Shown here piece after piece: positions 1 to 9,228 of a stretch of DNA of 32,816 bases. Under the pieces are notes generated by a model. The model did no database searches and was not told the DNA's origin. It worked only from the letters and a program-made list of their open reading frames with translations. The DNA is from a virus. Taxonomy: Duplodnaviria; Caudoviricetes. The DNA lies in IMG/VR virus record IMGVR_UViG_3300044512_002141, positions 1 through 32,816 of that record. One strand, 5' to 3'. Positions within the stretch are counted from its first letter, which is position 1; every line of letters begins with the position of its first letter. The translations under genes were made by a program, and so were the position numbers.

Positions 1-617
1 GCGAAGTAATTCGTACGATCAACCTTGCAGCTGTAGCTGGTTCACAAGGCACCGTATCTTCTAACGGTACTTTTGACCTTGACGTTGATGCTTCTGGTCG
101 TTGGTCAGTTGAGAAGTTCAAGGGCCTGATGTTCCACATCGAGCGCGAAGCTAACAAAGTAGCTAAGGACACTCGACGTGGTAAGGCTAACCTGATCATC
201 TGTTCTTCTGACGTTGCATCTGCACTTCAGATGGCTGGTGTTCTGGATTACACGCCTGCTCTGAACGGCAACTCTTTGGCAGTAGACGACACTGGTAACA
301 CCTTCGCTGGTGTACTGAACGGTCGGTATCGCGTATACATCGATCCTTACGCAACTACTAACTACATGAACATCGGCTACAAAGGTGCAGGCGCATTTGA
401 CGCTGGCATCTTCTACTGCCCTTATGTTCCTCTGCAGATGGTACGTGCTGTCGATCAGGATACTTTCCAGCCGAAGATTGGCTTCAAGACTCGTTACGGT
501 CTTGTTGAGAATCCTTTTGCTCACTCAGTACAAGGTACTCCTGCTGTATCTGACGGTGCAATCACCAACGGTACCAACGCATACTATCGTATGTCTACGG
601 TCAGCAACCTGTTGTAA
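1..617 (+). CDS. gp23: Major capsid protein, T4 gp23 family (5'-truncated by window edge)
   Basis: Frame is open from base 3 (EVIRTINLAA...GTFDLDVDASGRWSVEKFKGLMFHIEREAN). Typical gp23 C-terminal motifs: FAGVLNGRYRVYIDPY, DAGIFYCPYVPLQMVRAV, FQPKIGFKTRYGLVENPF. Confidence 0.97.
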   Translation, partial: EVIRTINLAAVAGSQGTVSSNGTFDLDVDASGRWSVEKFKGLMFHIEREANKVAKDTRRGKANLIICSSDVASALQMAGVLDYTPALNGNSLAVDDTGNTFAGVLNGRYRVYIDPYATTNYMNIGYKGAGAFDAGIFYCPYVPLQMVRAVDQDTFQPKIGFKTRYGLVENPFAHSVQGTPAVSDGAITNGTNAYYRMSTVSNLL

Positions 618-645
618 TAAAAAGAATCCCAAAAGGGACACTTTT

Positions 646-670
646 AAGGGAGCTCCGGCTCCCTTTTTTT
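646..670 (+). terminator. Rho-independent terminator after gp23
   Basis: GGGAGC-TCCG-GCTCCC stem-loop followed by T7. Confidence 0.9.
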
Positions 671-677
671 ATAAATA
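670..677 (+). promoter_or_regulatory. T4-type late promoter (gp55-dependent)
   Basis: Exact TATAAATA in intergenic DNA directly after the terminator and upstream of an RBS-bearing small ORF. Confidence 0.8.
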
Positions 678-714
678 ATATACGCTCAATATGAGCGCAA
701 CAAGGAGAAAATAT

Positions 715-807
715 ATGGACCTTCAACTTCCACTTATCGGAAAACTTCACGTCCCCTCACTACTCCTCGGAGGTGGAGTGGTCTTGCTATTGGCACTTTT
801 GTTGTAA
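715..807 (+). CDS. 30-aa hydrophobic peptide MDLQLPLIGKLHVPSLLLGGGVVLLLALLL (not in ORF track)
   Basis: Strong AAGGAG RBS at 702-707, ATG 715, TAA 805-807. Flanked by its own late promoter and terminator. Confidence 0.75.
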   Translation: MDLQLPLIGKLHVPSLLLGGGVVLLLALLL

Positions 808-821
808 TCTAATCATGAGCG

Positions 822-845
822 AGGAGGCTTCGGCCTCCTTTTTTT
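822..845 (+). terminator. Rho-independent terminator with cUUCGg tetraloop
   Basis: AGGAGGC-TTCG-GCCTCCT plus T-run, the classic T4-type terminator loop. Confidence 0.92.
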
Positions 846-850
846 ATGTA

Positions 851-858
851 CATAAATA
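851..858 (+). promoter_or_regulatory. Probable late promoter variant for gp3
   Basis: CATAAATA (one mismatch to TATAAATA) between the terminator and the gp3 start. Confidence 0.55.
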
Positions 859-886
859 GTATAAACAGGTTATAATAGGTCTTACC

Positions 887-1393
887 ATGACTATGAATAA
901 AAATATGCTGTCTCCAGTTGGTTTCAGCTTCCACGTAAAGAAACTACCTGAATTAAACTTTTTTGTTCAGAGTGTTACTGTGCCTGGTGTAACGTTGCCT
1001 ATCTTTGAACAACCCAACCCGTTTAAAGCAATACCACGTATCGGTGATCATTTACAGTATGGTGAATTGCTAGTGAATTTTAAAGTCAACGAGGACATGG
1101 GAAACTATGTGCAAATATACAATTGGCTATTAGGTATTGGTTTTCCTGATTCTTTTACTCAATATAAAGAAGTAGCAGAAGAAGCAAAGCAACTTACAGG
1201 TGATGGTATTGAATCTGATGCATATATGATGGTTATGTCTAGTGCTATGAATCCTATTATGCGTATTGACTTTGAAGATGTTTTTCCTACAGCGCTTGGA
1301 GATATTACCATGGATTCTCGCGATACAGGCATTGAATACCTCGATACGACTGCTACTTTTAAATTCCTCAAATATACATTTACTCCCGTATAA
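887..1393 (+). CDS. gp3: Tail completion / tail tube terminator protein, T4 gp3 family
   Basis: N-terminal NMLSPVGFSF..KLPELNFFVQSVTVPG, YGELLVNFKVNEDMGNY..IYNWL, FPTALG. Conserved position between gp23 and uvsY. Confidence 0.85.
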   Translation: MTMNKNMLSPVGFSFHVKKLPELNFFVQSVTVPGVTLPIFEQPNPFKAIPRIGDHLQYGELLVNFKVNEDMGNYVQIYNWLLGIGFPDSFTQYKEVAEEAKQLTGDGIESDAYMMVMSSAMNPIMRIDFEDVFPTALGDITMDSRDTGIEYLDTTATFKFLKYTFTPV

Positions 1394-1407
1394 TTTTGTA
1401 GTATAAT
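1379..1407 (+). promoter_or_regulatory. Sigma70-type early/middle promoter upstream of uvsY
   Basis: TTTACT-N17-TATAAT, matching the T(T/G)TAC(A/T) -35 seen at other promoters in this window. Confidence 0.6.
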
Positions 1408-1428
1408 AGTTCTTTTGCAGGATATATT

Positions 1429-1863
1429 ATGACTCTTGATGAAATCTTTGACTTGTGGTCTGACGATACACAAATTGATCGTACTGAACTTGGTAATGCA
1501 GCTCTCGAACTTGCAAAGCTACATCATAAGTACTATCGTATATTCTCTCAAGAAAGACTCTTACACAAAAAACTTGAAGCTGATATGAAACAATTGAAGC
1601 TTGATAAGTATGAGTTTTTCGTAGATGGTCCAACAGAAGAACATATTGCAAAAGGTTGGAAGCTACCACCAAAAGGTCGTATTCTTAAATCAGATGCTGG
1701 TCAATATGTCGATGCAGACTCTGACATCATCGCACTTAATCTTAAGCTTGCATATCAACAAGAAAAGCTAGAACTCCTGGCAGATATTATCAAAACAATT
1801 TCTAATCGTGGATTTCATATTAAATCAGCAATTGAATGGGAAAAGTGGAAGATGGGCGGATGA
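1429..1863 (+). CDS. uvsY: Recombination mediator UvsY
   Basis: W..D..ID...L......LHHKYY N-terminus, YVDAD, ISNRGFHIKSAIEW C-terminus. Size 144 aa and synteny fit. Confidence 0.9.
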   Translation: MTLDEIFDLWSDDTQIDRTELGNAALELAKLHHKYYRIFSQERLLHKKLEADMKQLKLDKYEFFVDGPTEEHIAKGWKLPPKGRILKSDAGQYVDADSDIIALNLKLAYQQEKLELLADIIKTISNRGFHIKSAIEWEKWKMGG

Positions 1864-2729
1864 GGATAGTTGTGACTGGAGCCTGTGGTTATATAGGCTC
1901 ACATCTTGTAGTACGACTTGCCGAGTTAGGTCACAAAGTCATATCTGTTACAAATAACTTTACAGAAAATTATGAGCTGGTTAAAAAACATTCTTATGTT
2001 GTAAGAATGAATAATAACCAAGAACATGATATGTATCTTGATCAATCAGATACACTCATACATCTCGGCGGGTTTATATCAGTAGAAGAATCAATGTCAG
2101 AGCCTCTTAAGTATTATCAAGGAAATACTTCTGAGACTATTAGATTATTGAAAGAATACAAATGGGATAATGTTATCTTCGCCTCAACGGCAGCATGCTT
2201 TGATCCAATATCTCATTATGCCAAATCAAAGCTCGCATGTGAGTGGACAATTAGAGCGATAGTTCCTAACTATACTATTTTTCGTTTCTTTAATGTGGCT
2301 GGTATTAATGAAGGTCATTACTATGTCAATCCTACCACACATATCATCAGCAAGCTTGCTGAATGCGCCGTCAATAAAACAAAGTTTATCATGAATGGCT
2401 ATGACTTTGATACACCTGATAGGACATGTGTACGAGACTACGTAGATGTTAACGACCTAGTAGAAGCAATTGTGAAGGCCATAAATAAACCTGCCAACAC
2501 TGAATATGAATGTCTAGGTCAAGCGATAGGTTATTCAAACAAAGCAGTGTTACATACAATGGAATCAGTGATCGGAAAACATATCGACTTTGATTATGGT
2601 CCGCGTAGAGATGGTGATGCAGCGCGCCTCGTTGTTCCTGAAGTTTCACAATATTTAGATCCACAAAAAACATTGTGGGATATGTGCAAGTCGACTTATG
2701 GATATTTTAAGAATCTCAAAAATCAATGA
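1860..2729 (+). CDS. NAD-dependent epimerase, UDP-glucose 4-epimerase (GalE)-like
   Basis: VTGACGYIGSH Rossmann motif, FASTAA, YAKSK (YxxxK), FRFFNVAG, TCVRDYVDVNDL, RRDGD. Start taken at the ATGA overlap with the uvsY stop. Confidence 0.88.
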   Translation: MRIVVTGACGYIGSHLVVRLAELGHKVISVTNNFTENYELVKKHSYVVRMNNNQEHDMYLDQSDTLIHLGGFISVEESMSEPLKYYQGNTSETIRLLKEYKWDNVIFASTAACFDPISHYAKSKLACEWTIRAIVPNYTIFRFFNVAGINEGHYYVNPTTHIISKLAECAVNKTKFIMNGYDFDTPDRTCVRDYVDVNDLVEAIVKAINKPANTEYECLGQAIGYSNKAVLHTMESVIGKHIDFDYGPRRDGDAARLVVPEVSQYLDPQKTLWDMCKSTYGYFKNLKNQ

Positions 2730-4146
2730 GGTGTACAATAAGGTAGCCACTGATGATCGTGGCATTGCCGAAGAACTGTCTGCGTATTTTACGTTTAAAG
2801 TTCCTGGTTTCCAGTTTATGCCAGCCTATCGAAACCGTTACTGGGATGGTCAGATCCGTCTATACAATACATCAACTCAGATGTTATACTCTGGTCTAAA
2901 TAATTATGTTGTTATGTTTTCCAAAGAACGTGGTTATAAAGTAGAGTTCGAGTACGATAACAGCGCTGAAAACTATTCTGTAGCAGAAGCGAAGAAGTTT
3001 GTTGAAGAAGAAAAGTTTACGATGATACCCCGAGACTATCAACTTGAGGCATATGTAGACGCAATACGATATAAGCGTGGTCTATTCATCTCACCCACAG
3101 CTTCTGGTAAGTCCTTCATCATCTATATGATCATGCGTAGGTTACTACGACAGACACTTATTATTGTACCTACGACTACACTGGTACATCAGATGTACTC
3201 TGATTTCGAAGAGTATGGATTCAACAGCGAGAAATATTGTCATAAGATATTCAGCGGTAAAGACAAGAACACAGACAAACCAGTAGTCATCACAACATGG
3301 CAGTCGATTTATAAGTTACGTAAAGATTGGTTTAAGAAGTTTGATGTCGTGATTGGTGACGAAGCACACCTCTTCAAAGCCAAATCACTGACTTCTATCT
3401 TAGAAAAGATGGAAGATACAGAGTATCGTTTTGGTTTTACTGGTACATTAGATGGTACACAGACACATAAGCTTGTGCTCGAAGGTTTGTTTGGTCCTGC
3501 ACAGAAAGTCATATCAACGAAAGAGTTGATGGATAGCGGTACATTGGCAGAGTTTAAGATCAAAATACTGGCTATGAAGTATCATGACGAGATACGTAAA
3601 ATAGTATCGAAGATGGACTATCAAGCCGAAATGGATTTTCTTGTATCGCATGAAGGCAGAAATAAGTTTATCAAAAACCTTGCTCTTTCTTTAGAAGGGA
3701 ATACATTATTATTATTTCAATATGTTGAGAAACATGGTAAGATACTGGAAGAGATGATAAGAGAAGAAGCTGGCGATCGTAAGGTATTCTTCATACATGG
3801 TGGTGTCAAAGGCGAAGAACGTGATGACATTCGTGGTATCGTAGAGAAAGAGAATGACGCAATTATAGTAGCATCATACGGTACCTTTTCAACAGGGGTA
3901 AATATTAAGAATCTTCATTCAATTATTTTTGCAAGTCCATCGAAGTCGAAGATACGTAATCTTCAATCGATAGGAAGAGGACTGAGAAAATCAAATACAA
4001 AAGATTCAGCAGTACTATATGATATTGCTGATGATCTTTCATGGAAATCCACATCAAACTTCACACTAAAACATTTGATGGAAAGAGTTAAGATATATGA
4101 TGAAGAGAAGTTTGACTACAAATTGTATAGCATAGGATTGGACTAA
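2698..4146 (+). CDS. uvsW: SF2 DNA helicase UvsW
   Basis: PRDYQ, SPTASGKS (Walker A), DEAH, GFTGT, TFSTGVNI, QSIGRGLR motifs. Confidence 0.95.
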   Translation: MDILRISKINEVYNKVATDDRGIAEELSAYFTFKVPGFQFMPAYRNRYWDGQIRLYNTSTQMLYSGLNNYVVMFSKERGYKVEFEYDNSAENYSVAEAKKFVEEEKFTMIPRDYQLEAYVDAIRYKRGLFISPTASGKSFIIYMIMRRLLRQTLIIVPTTTLVHQMYSDFEEYGFNSEKYCHKIFSGKDKNTDKPVVITTWQSIYKLRKDWFKKFDVVIGDEAHLFKAKSLTSILEKMEDTEYRFGFTGTLDGTQTHKLVLEGLFGPAQKVISTKELMDSGTLAEFKIKILAMKYHDEIRKIVSKMDYQAEMDFLVSHEGRNKFIKNLALSLEGNTLLLFQYVEKHGKILEEMIREEAGDRKVFFIHGGVKGEERDDIRGIVEKENDAIIVASYGTFSTGVNIKNLHSIIFASPSKSKIRNLQSIGRGLRKSNTKDSAVLYDIADDLSWKSTSNFTLKHLMERVKIYDEEKFDYKLYSIGLD

Positions 4147-4538
4147 TGCACGTAGTCGTAAAATTAAAAAGTGGTGAAGAGTTATTTGGTAAGATGTTAA
4201 TTAAAAACGAGAACAGCATTGATCTAGATGATGCAATGAGAATGAGATACCATATCTCAGAAGAGAATGGCGCGCCAGTCATGTACTTTACTAAGTATTG
4301 TATCTTTACAAAATCGTTTGAAGTCTCGATACCAAATGAATGTATTATGCATATATTTAAAGACCCAGTTGATTCTCTCATAGATTTTTATGAGAAGGAA
4401 TTATTTGACTGCAAAATGAGTTATAATAATGATATCGAGGAAGAAAAACCTCGGCGTCATAAAAAGAAAACTCGCTTAAACGACGAAAAGTTTTATGCGA
4501 TGCTCGAAAAATTAAAAGGTGATCATGAGGTACACTGA
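4146..4538 (+). CDS. Hypothetical protein (T4-like gene commonly between uvsW and gp55)
   Basis: Translationally coupled ORF with a VVKLKSGEELFG N-terminus typical of small beta-barrel phage proteins. Confidence 0.7.
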   Translation: MHVVVKLKSGEELFGKMLIKNENSIDLDDAMRMRYHISEENGAPVMYFTKYCIFTKSFEVSIPNECIMHIFKDPVDSLIDFYEKELFDCKMSYNNDIEEEKPRRHKKKTRLNDEKFYAMLEKLKGDHEVH

Positions 4539-5056
4539 TGGCAAACTATATCAACAACAAAGAGTTCTATGCTCTGTTACAACAATTCAAAGCCAATTGC
4601 GCTGATGCAGAAAAAGCAGGTCAGCCAGCACCACGAGTGCCAGAAGATATCGGCAAATGCTTTATGATGATCGCTACCAAGTTAGCAACAAAAGCTAACT
4701 TCTCTGGATACACATATAAAGATGAGATGATCTGTGATGCCCTTGAAAATTGTGTAGTAGCAGTACACAGCTTTAATCCAGAAAAATCCAAGAATCCATT
4801 TGCATACTTCACACAAATTATTTGGTATGCATTCCTACGACGTATCGAAAAAGAGAAGAAGCAAACATACGTCAAATACAAATCACTCGAACAATTAGTA
4901 GTCGATGCAGAACTCCTCGATGATGAAGGCTCAGACGCATATAAGAACTATGATATTGCAAACGAAAAGATGAAGCCTATCATCGATAAATTTGAAAACA
5001 GACAGAAAAAGAAAAAGACAGCAGAGCCAAAAGGCCTGGAGAAATTTACTGAATGA
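4538..5056 (+). CDS. gp55: Late transcription sigma factor gp55
   Basis: NYINNKEF, NFSGYTYKDEMICDA, FNPEKSKNPFAYFTQIIWYAFLRRIEKEKKQ. Confidence 0.96.
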   Translation: MANYINNKEFYALLQQFKANCADAEKAGQPAPRVPEDIGKCFMMIATKLATKANFSGYTYKDEMICDALENCVVAVHSFNPEKSKNPFAYFTQIIWYAFLRRIEKEKKQTYVKYKSLEQLVVDAELLDDEGSDAYKNYDIANEKMKPIIDKFENRQKKKKTAEPKGLEKFTE

Positions 5057-6102
5057 AACTTGCATTGATTACCGATCAACATTTCGGAGTACGTAATGAC
5101 AGCATCCAATTCCACGAATATTACAAAAAATTCTATGAAGAGTTCTTTTTCCCAACTCTTAGAGAAATGGGCATCAGAGATATCGTCGAGCTCGGAGATA
5201 TTTTCGACAGGCGCAAGTATGTTAATTTTGACACCTTGTCTCGTTGCCGTGATTACTTTTTTGATCCTATCGCGCGTGACGATTTAAGCCTACATTGTAT
5301 CGTAGGCAATCACGACATCTATTTTAAGAATACTAATCGAATCAACGCTCCCGAACTTTTGCTTGGTGAGTTTGACTTACATGTATATTCTGAACCTACT
5401 GAAGTAAATTTCCATGACACAACAATTCTTATGATGCCATGGATTAATAGTCAGAACTATGATGTCGCGATGTATGCAATCGATAAATCAAAATCTGATA
5501 TATGTCTTGGCCATCTCGAGTTTCAAGGCTTTGAAATGTATCGTGGTGCAGTGATCGATCACGGTCTATCACATAAGGCATTTCAGAAGTTCGACATGGT
5601 ATGCTCAGGTCACTTTCATCATAAGTCTTCTAAAGACAATATCCATTATCTCGGCGCGCCATATGAGATGACATGGTCAGACTATGACGATCCTCGAGGA
5701 TTTCATATCCTTGATACAGAAACAAATGAGTTAACTTTTTATCAAAATCCGTTTATAATGTTCCATAAGGTTTTCTATGACGATAAGATCGGTGAACATG
5801 TGCTCTTACAAAAGTTCGATCATCTAAAAGACACACACGTAAAGGTAGTTGTCAAGAACAAGGACAATCCATATTTGTTTGATCTATTCATCGATCAATT
5901 GAATGCGTGTAATCCTGCACATATGCAAGTCGTTGAAGACAACTTTAATCTCGACATAGAGGTAGATGATAATATTATTGATGAGGCAGAAGATACTATT
6001 ACAATCATTCGTAAGTATATAGATAATCTTCAGCTGAAGGATAATCAACCTATGAATGATCTGTTCTATGATCTATACCATGAAGCATTGAGTACTGAAT
6101 AG
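5053..6102 (+). CDS. gp47: Recombination endonuclease subunit gp47 (Mre11/SbcD-like)
   Basis: Metallophosphoesterase motifs TDQHFG, LGDIFD, GNHD, GHLE, SGHFH. Confidence 0.95.
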   Translation: MKLALITDQHFGVRNDSIQFHEYYKKFYEEFFFPTLREMGIRDIVELGDIFDRRKYVNFDTLSRCRDYFFDPIARDDLSLHCIVGNHDIYFKNTNRINAPELLLGEFDLHVYSEPTEVNFHDTTILMMPWINSQNYDVAMYAIDKSKSDICLGHLEFQGFEMYRGAVIDHGLSHKAFQKFDMVCSGHFHHKSSKDNIHYLGAPYEMTWSDYDDPRGFHILDTETNELTFYQNPFIMFHKVFYDDKIGEHVLLQKFDHLKDTHVKVVVKNKDNPYLFDLFIDQLNACNPAHMQVVEDNFNLDIEVDDNIIDEAEDTITIIRKYIDNLQLKDNQPMNDLFYDLYHEALSTE

Positions 6103-7802
6103 TGTTATATTTTAAAGTAGTACGTTGGCAAAACTTCTTGTCGACGGGTAATCAATGGACAGAGATCCATTTGAATAAAGCGCCATCAACATTGATCGTT
6201 GGTGAAAATGGTGCAGGCAAATCAACAATGCTTGATGCCATTTCTTTCTCATTATACGGTAAACCATATCGTAACATTAACAAGCCACAACTTGTCAATA
6301 GTATCACCTCAAAAAGATGTCTTGTTGAGATAGAATTTTCTGCTAAAGGCAAAGAATATTTGATTCGTCGTGGTATCAAGCCAAACGTATTTGAAATTTT
6401 CTGTGATGGCAGAATGATCGATCAGAATGCATCTATTAGAGAATATCAAGAATATCTCGAGAAGAATGTACTAAAACTAAATCACAAGTCATTCACACAA
6501 ATCGTAGTGATTGGTTCTGCTAACTTTATTCCGTTTATGCAGATGAAAGTGTGGGAACGTCGTGATGTTATCGAAGATCTACTCGACATTGAAATCTTTA
6601 CGAAGATGAATAATCTCTTGAAAGAGAGAATGACGAAGAATAAAGATGATGTCATTGCAGCAAAGTACAATACTGATATGCTCGAACAAAAGATTACGCT
6701 GACAAAAAAACATATGAACGAGATTATGTCAATGCAAAAGTCTGATCGCGATGCTAAGATTGCTAAGATCAAAGACTTGAATAGTCATCTATCAGATCTA
6801 CAATTTACATACGAGGGTAGACTGAACACTGCAAAACATTTAAACGATTCAATCATTGATAAAGAAAAAGTCAAAGGTAAGAATGATAAGCTAAAACAAT
6901 TGAAGAGTCAACTCGACTACAAAGTTTCAAATATTCAAACGTCTATAGATTTCTTTAAAGATCACGACACGTGTCCGACATGTAAACAAGATATCGATGA
7001 GGATTTTAAAGAAGAACACATCTGTGAACAACAAGAAAAACAAATTGAAATCAAATCTGGCATCGATGAGTTGATGAACCATTTTGGTCAAGTAGGACAG
7101 AGACTAGAAGAAATATCTGCGATACAACAAACTATCAATGATGTGAATCAAACTATCATCAAACTAAACAGTGAGATGACAACAACACGAAATCATATTC
7201 AAGAGATTGAAGCTACACTAAAAGAAGTTCCAACGTTACAAGAAGCCGAGGATCTTGATGATCTGAATGGTGAGCTAATGAAAATGCAATCATTGCATGA
7301 GACATTGCTACTACAAAAAGAGAGATATGAAATTGCATCGTCTCTACTCAAAGATGGTGGTATCAAGTCGAAGATCATCAAGCAGTATGTACCTATCATC
7401 AACAAGCTAATGAATAAGTACCTCGCTGCGATGGAGTTTTTTGTACAGTTCGAACTTGATGAACAATTTAACGAAAAGATCAAGTCGAGGTTCAGGGATG
7501 AATTTACATACGACTCGTTCTCCGAAGGTGAAAAGATGCGTATTGATCTTTCACTCCTTTTCACATGGCGCGCCGTCGCCAAGCTAAGAAACTCTGTAAC
7601 GACTAACCTTTTGATCATGGACGAAGTATTTGACTCCTCCCTCGATACAACAGGTACCGATGAGTTCTTGAAATTGATTACACAACTGACACAAGACACA
7701 AACGTCTTTGTCATCTCACACAAAGGTGACCAACTCTTCGATAAGTTCCACAGTAACATTCGATTCGAGAAGGTAAAAAACTTTTCGCAGATCGCTGCGT
7801 AG
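6102..7802 (+). CDS. gp46: Recombination ATPase gp46 (Rad50/SbcC-like)
   Basis: GENGAGKS Walker A, coiled coil with CPTC zinc hook, FSEGEK signature, LIMDEVFDSSLD, ISH. GTG start. Confidence 0.96.
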   Translation: MLYFKVVRWQNFLSTGNQWTEIHLNKAPSTLIVGENGAGKSTMLDAISFSLYGKPYRNINKPQLVNSITSKRCLVEIEFSAKGKEYLIRRGIKPNVFEIFCDGRMIDQNASIREYQEYLEKNVLKLNHKSFTQIVVIGSANFIPFMQMKVWERRDVIEDLLDIEIFTKMNNLLKERMTKNKDDVIAAKYNTDMLEQKITLTKKHMNEIMSMQKSDRDAKIAKIKDLNSHLSDLQFTYEGRLNTAKHLNDSIIDKEKVKGKNDKLKQLKSQLDYKVSNIQTSIDFFKDHDTCPTCKQDIDEDFKEEHICEQQEKQIEIKSGIDELMNHFGQVGQRLEEISAIQQTINDVNQTIIKLNSEMTTTRNHIQEIEATLKEVPTLQEAEDLDDLNGELMKMQSLHETLLLQKERYEIASSLLKDGGIKSKIIKQYVPIINKLMNKYLAAMEFFVQFELDEQFNEKIKSRFRDEFTYDSFSEGEKMRIDLSLLFTWRAVAKLRNSVTTNLLIMDEVFDSSLDTTGTDEFLKLITQLTQDTNVFVISHKGDQLFDKFHSNIRFEKVKNFSQIAA

Positions 7803-7810
7803 GAGGAAAC

Positions 7811-8023
7811 ATGGCATATAAAGTTTTAGTACAAGTATCTGAAGACGGGGACTGGGATCCAGTTCTCGATATGAAGTTAAGTCGTACACGTTCTGTACCT
7901 CGTCTATTTTTAGAAGAAGAGGATGCACAATATTTTATCGATCAACAACCAAAGCAAGAAGATGTTGGTTATAAGCGACAATTTAAAATTGAAGAGGCAC
8001 AGGATTGGACTGATGTCGGATAA
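7811..8023 (+). CDS. Hypothetical protein
   Basis: AGGAGG RBS, 70-aa ORF. Confidence 0.7.
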   Translation: MAYKVLVQVSEDGDWDPVLDMKLSRTRSVPRLFLEEEDAQYFIDQQPKQEDVGYKRQFKIEEAQDWTDVG

Positions 8024-8531
8024 ACTACATATCGTACCAGTATCTCATCCAGCATTTAATGCTCCTATACAACAGTTCGAATTTGAATCTGATGTTGATA
8101 GGCATGAGTTAGTAAAAGAGATGACAGAAATTATGCAAAAGGCTGGTGCTGCTGGTCTTGCTGCTAATCAGTTAGGTCTGGAGCATCGCGTCTTTGTTTT
8201 GAATACAGAACCAGATGTATTGGCTTGTTTTAATCCACGTATTGTACATGAGTCTGAAGAGTATGCTGTACTCGAAGAAGGATGTTTATCATATCCTGGA
8301 ATGTGGGTAAAAATCAGGCGACCGTCATGGATTCGTGTAAGATTTCAAGATGTGAATGGTGTAATGCAAACAGAAAATCTCAATAAGATGCCAGCTCGGG
8401 CATTTATGCATGAACTAGATCATCTTGACGGTGTGAATTATTTGATGAGAGCCAAAAAAATTCATTTAGATAAAGCGAAGAGAAAGATGAAACTCATCGA
8501 TCGCAAACTGAAGAGGATGCAACTTGCTTGA
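8013..8531 (+). CDS. def: Peptide deformylase
   Basis: Three PDF motifs: AAGLAANQ, EGCLS, HELDHL. Start placed at ATG 8013 rather than 7923. Confidence 0.92.
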   Translation: MSDKLHIVPVSHPAFNAPIQQFEFESDVDRHELVKEMTEIMQKAGAAGLAANQLGLEHRVFVLNTEPDVLACFNPRIVHESEEYAVLEEGCLSYPGMWVKIRRPSWIRVRFQDVNGVMQTENLNKMPARAFMHELDHLDGVNYLMRAKKIHLDKAKRKMKLIDRKLKRMQLA

Positions 8532-8721
8532 TAATTTAACAGAGTATTTTGGTAAGAAGAAGAAACCAAAAAGTACATTGACGAAAAGCTTCTACTGGCC
8601 ACGTTGTGATGAGAACGGACAGTGGTGGAATGGATATGAGAAAGTGTATATGCGTCGACATCCACCATGTACATTTCCTTTATTTAATGATAAGATAGAT
8701 TCATGTTTGGAAGATACTTAA
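8524..8721 (+). CDS. Hypothetical protein
   Basis: 65-aa ORF with a TTG start overlapping the def stop. Confidence 0.45.
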   Translation: MLDNLTEYFGKKKKPKSTLTKSFYWPRCDENGQWWNGYEKVYMRRHPPCTFPLFNDKIDSCLEDT

Positions 8722-8772
8722 TATTTGTCGATACAGTGGTATTGGCTTTGATGAAATTGAAGCGAGGAAAGT

Positions 8773-9198
8773 ATGAGTAAGAATTGGGTTAAAGACATCA
8801 ATAAGATGCATGAGAAGTATGGCGTACATGATTGGGTTGAGAAGAATCAACATCAACTCAAACAGTTCCTTGATTTTCGTTTGCGGTTCCTTTACGAAGA
8901 AGCCAACGAGACATCGCTAGCTGTTGATGCACGTGATGCTGAAGAAATCGTAGATGGTCTGATTGACATCTGTGTTGTGGCTATCGGTACACTTGACGCC
9001 TTCGGTGTTGATGCGAACAAAGCATGGGATCGAGTCTATCGAGCCAACATGCGCAAAGAGGTCGGTACTAAAGACAGTCGACCTAATCCCCTCGGGCTAC
9101 CTGATCTGGTAAAGCCCAAAGGCTGGCGAAATCCATCCCATAAGAACAATCATGGTCTCCTGGGTGCAATGCCGTACTCGGACCCTAATGAGTTCTAA
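8773..9198 (+). CDS. All-alpha NTP pyrophosphohydrolase (MazG/PRA-PH-like), possible dUTPase/dCTPase
   Basis: EEANE...EEIVDGLID acidic motif, AWDRVYRANMRK, DLVKPKGW. Confidence 0.82.
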   Translation: MSKNWVKDINKMHEKYGVHDWVEKNQHQLKQFLDFRLRFLYEEANETSLAVDARDAEEIVDGLIDICVVAIGTLDAFGVDANKAWDRVYRANMRKEVGTKDSRPNPLGLPDLVKPKGWRNPSHKNNHGLLGAMPYSDPNEF

Positions 9199-9228
9199 AA
9201 AGTTATAAGAAATGTAAATATTATACAA

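Noticed and set aside
2698-7802. Inteins or introns in uvsW, gp47, gp46
   Set aside because: Protein lengths and motif spacing are normal and the frames are uninterrupted.
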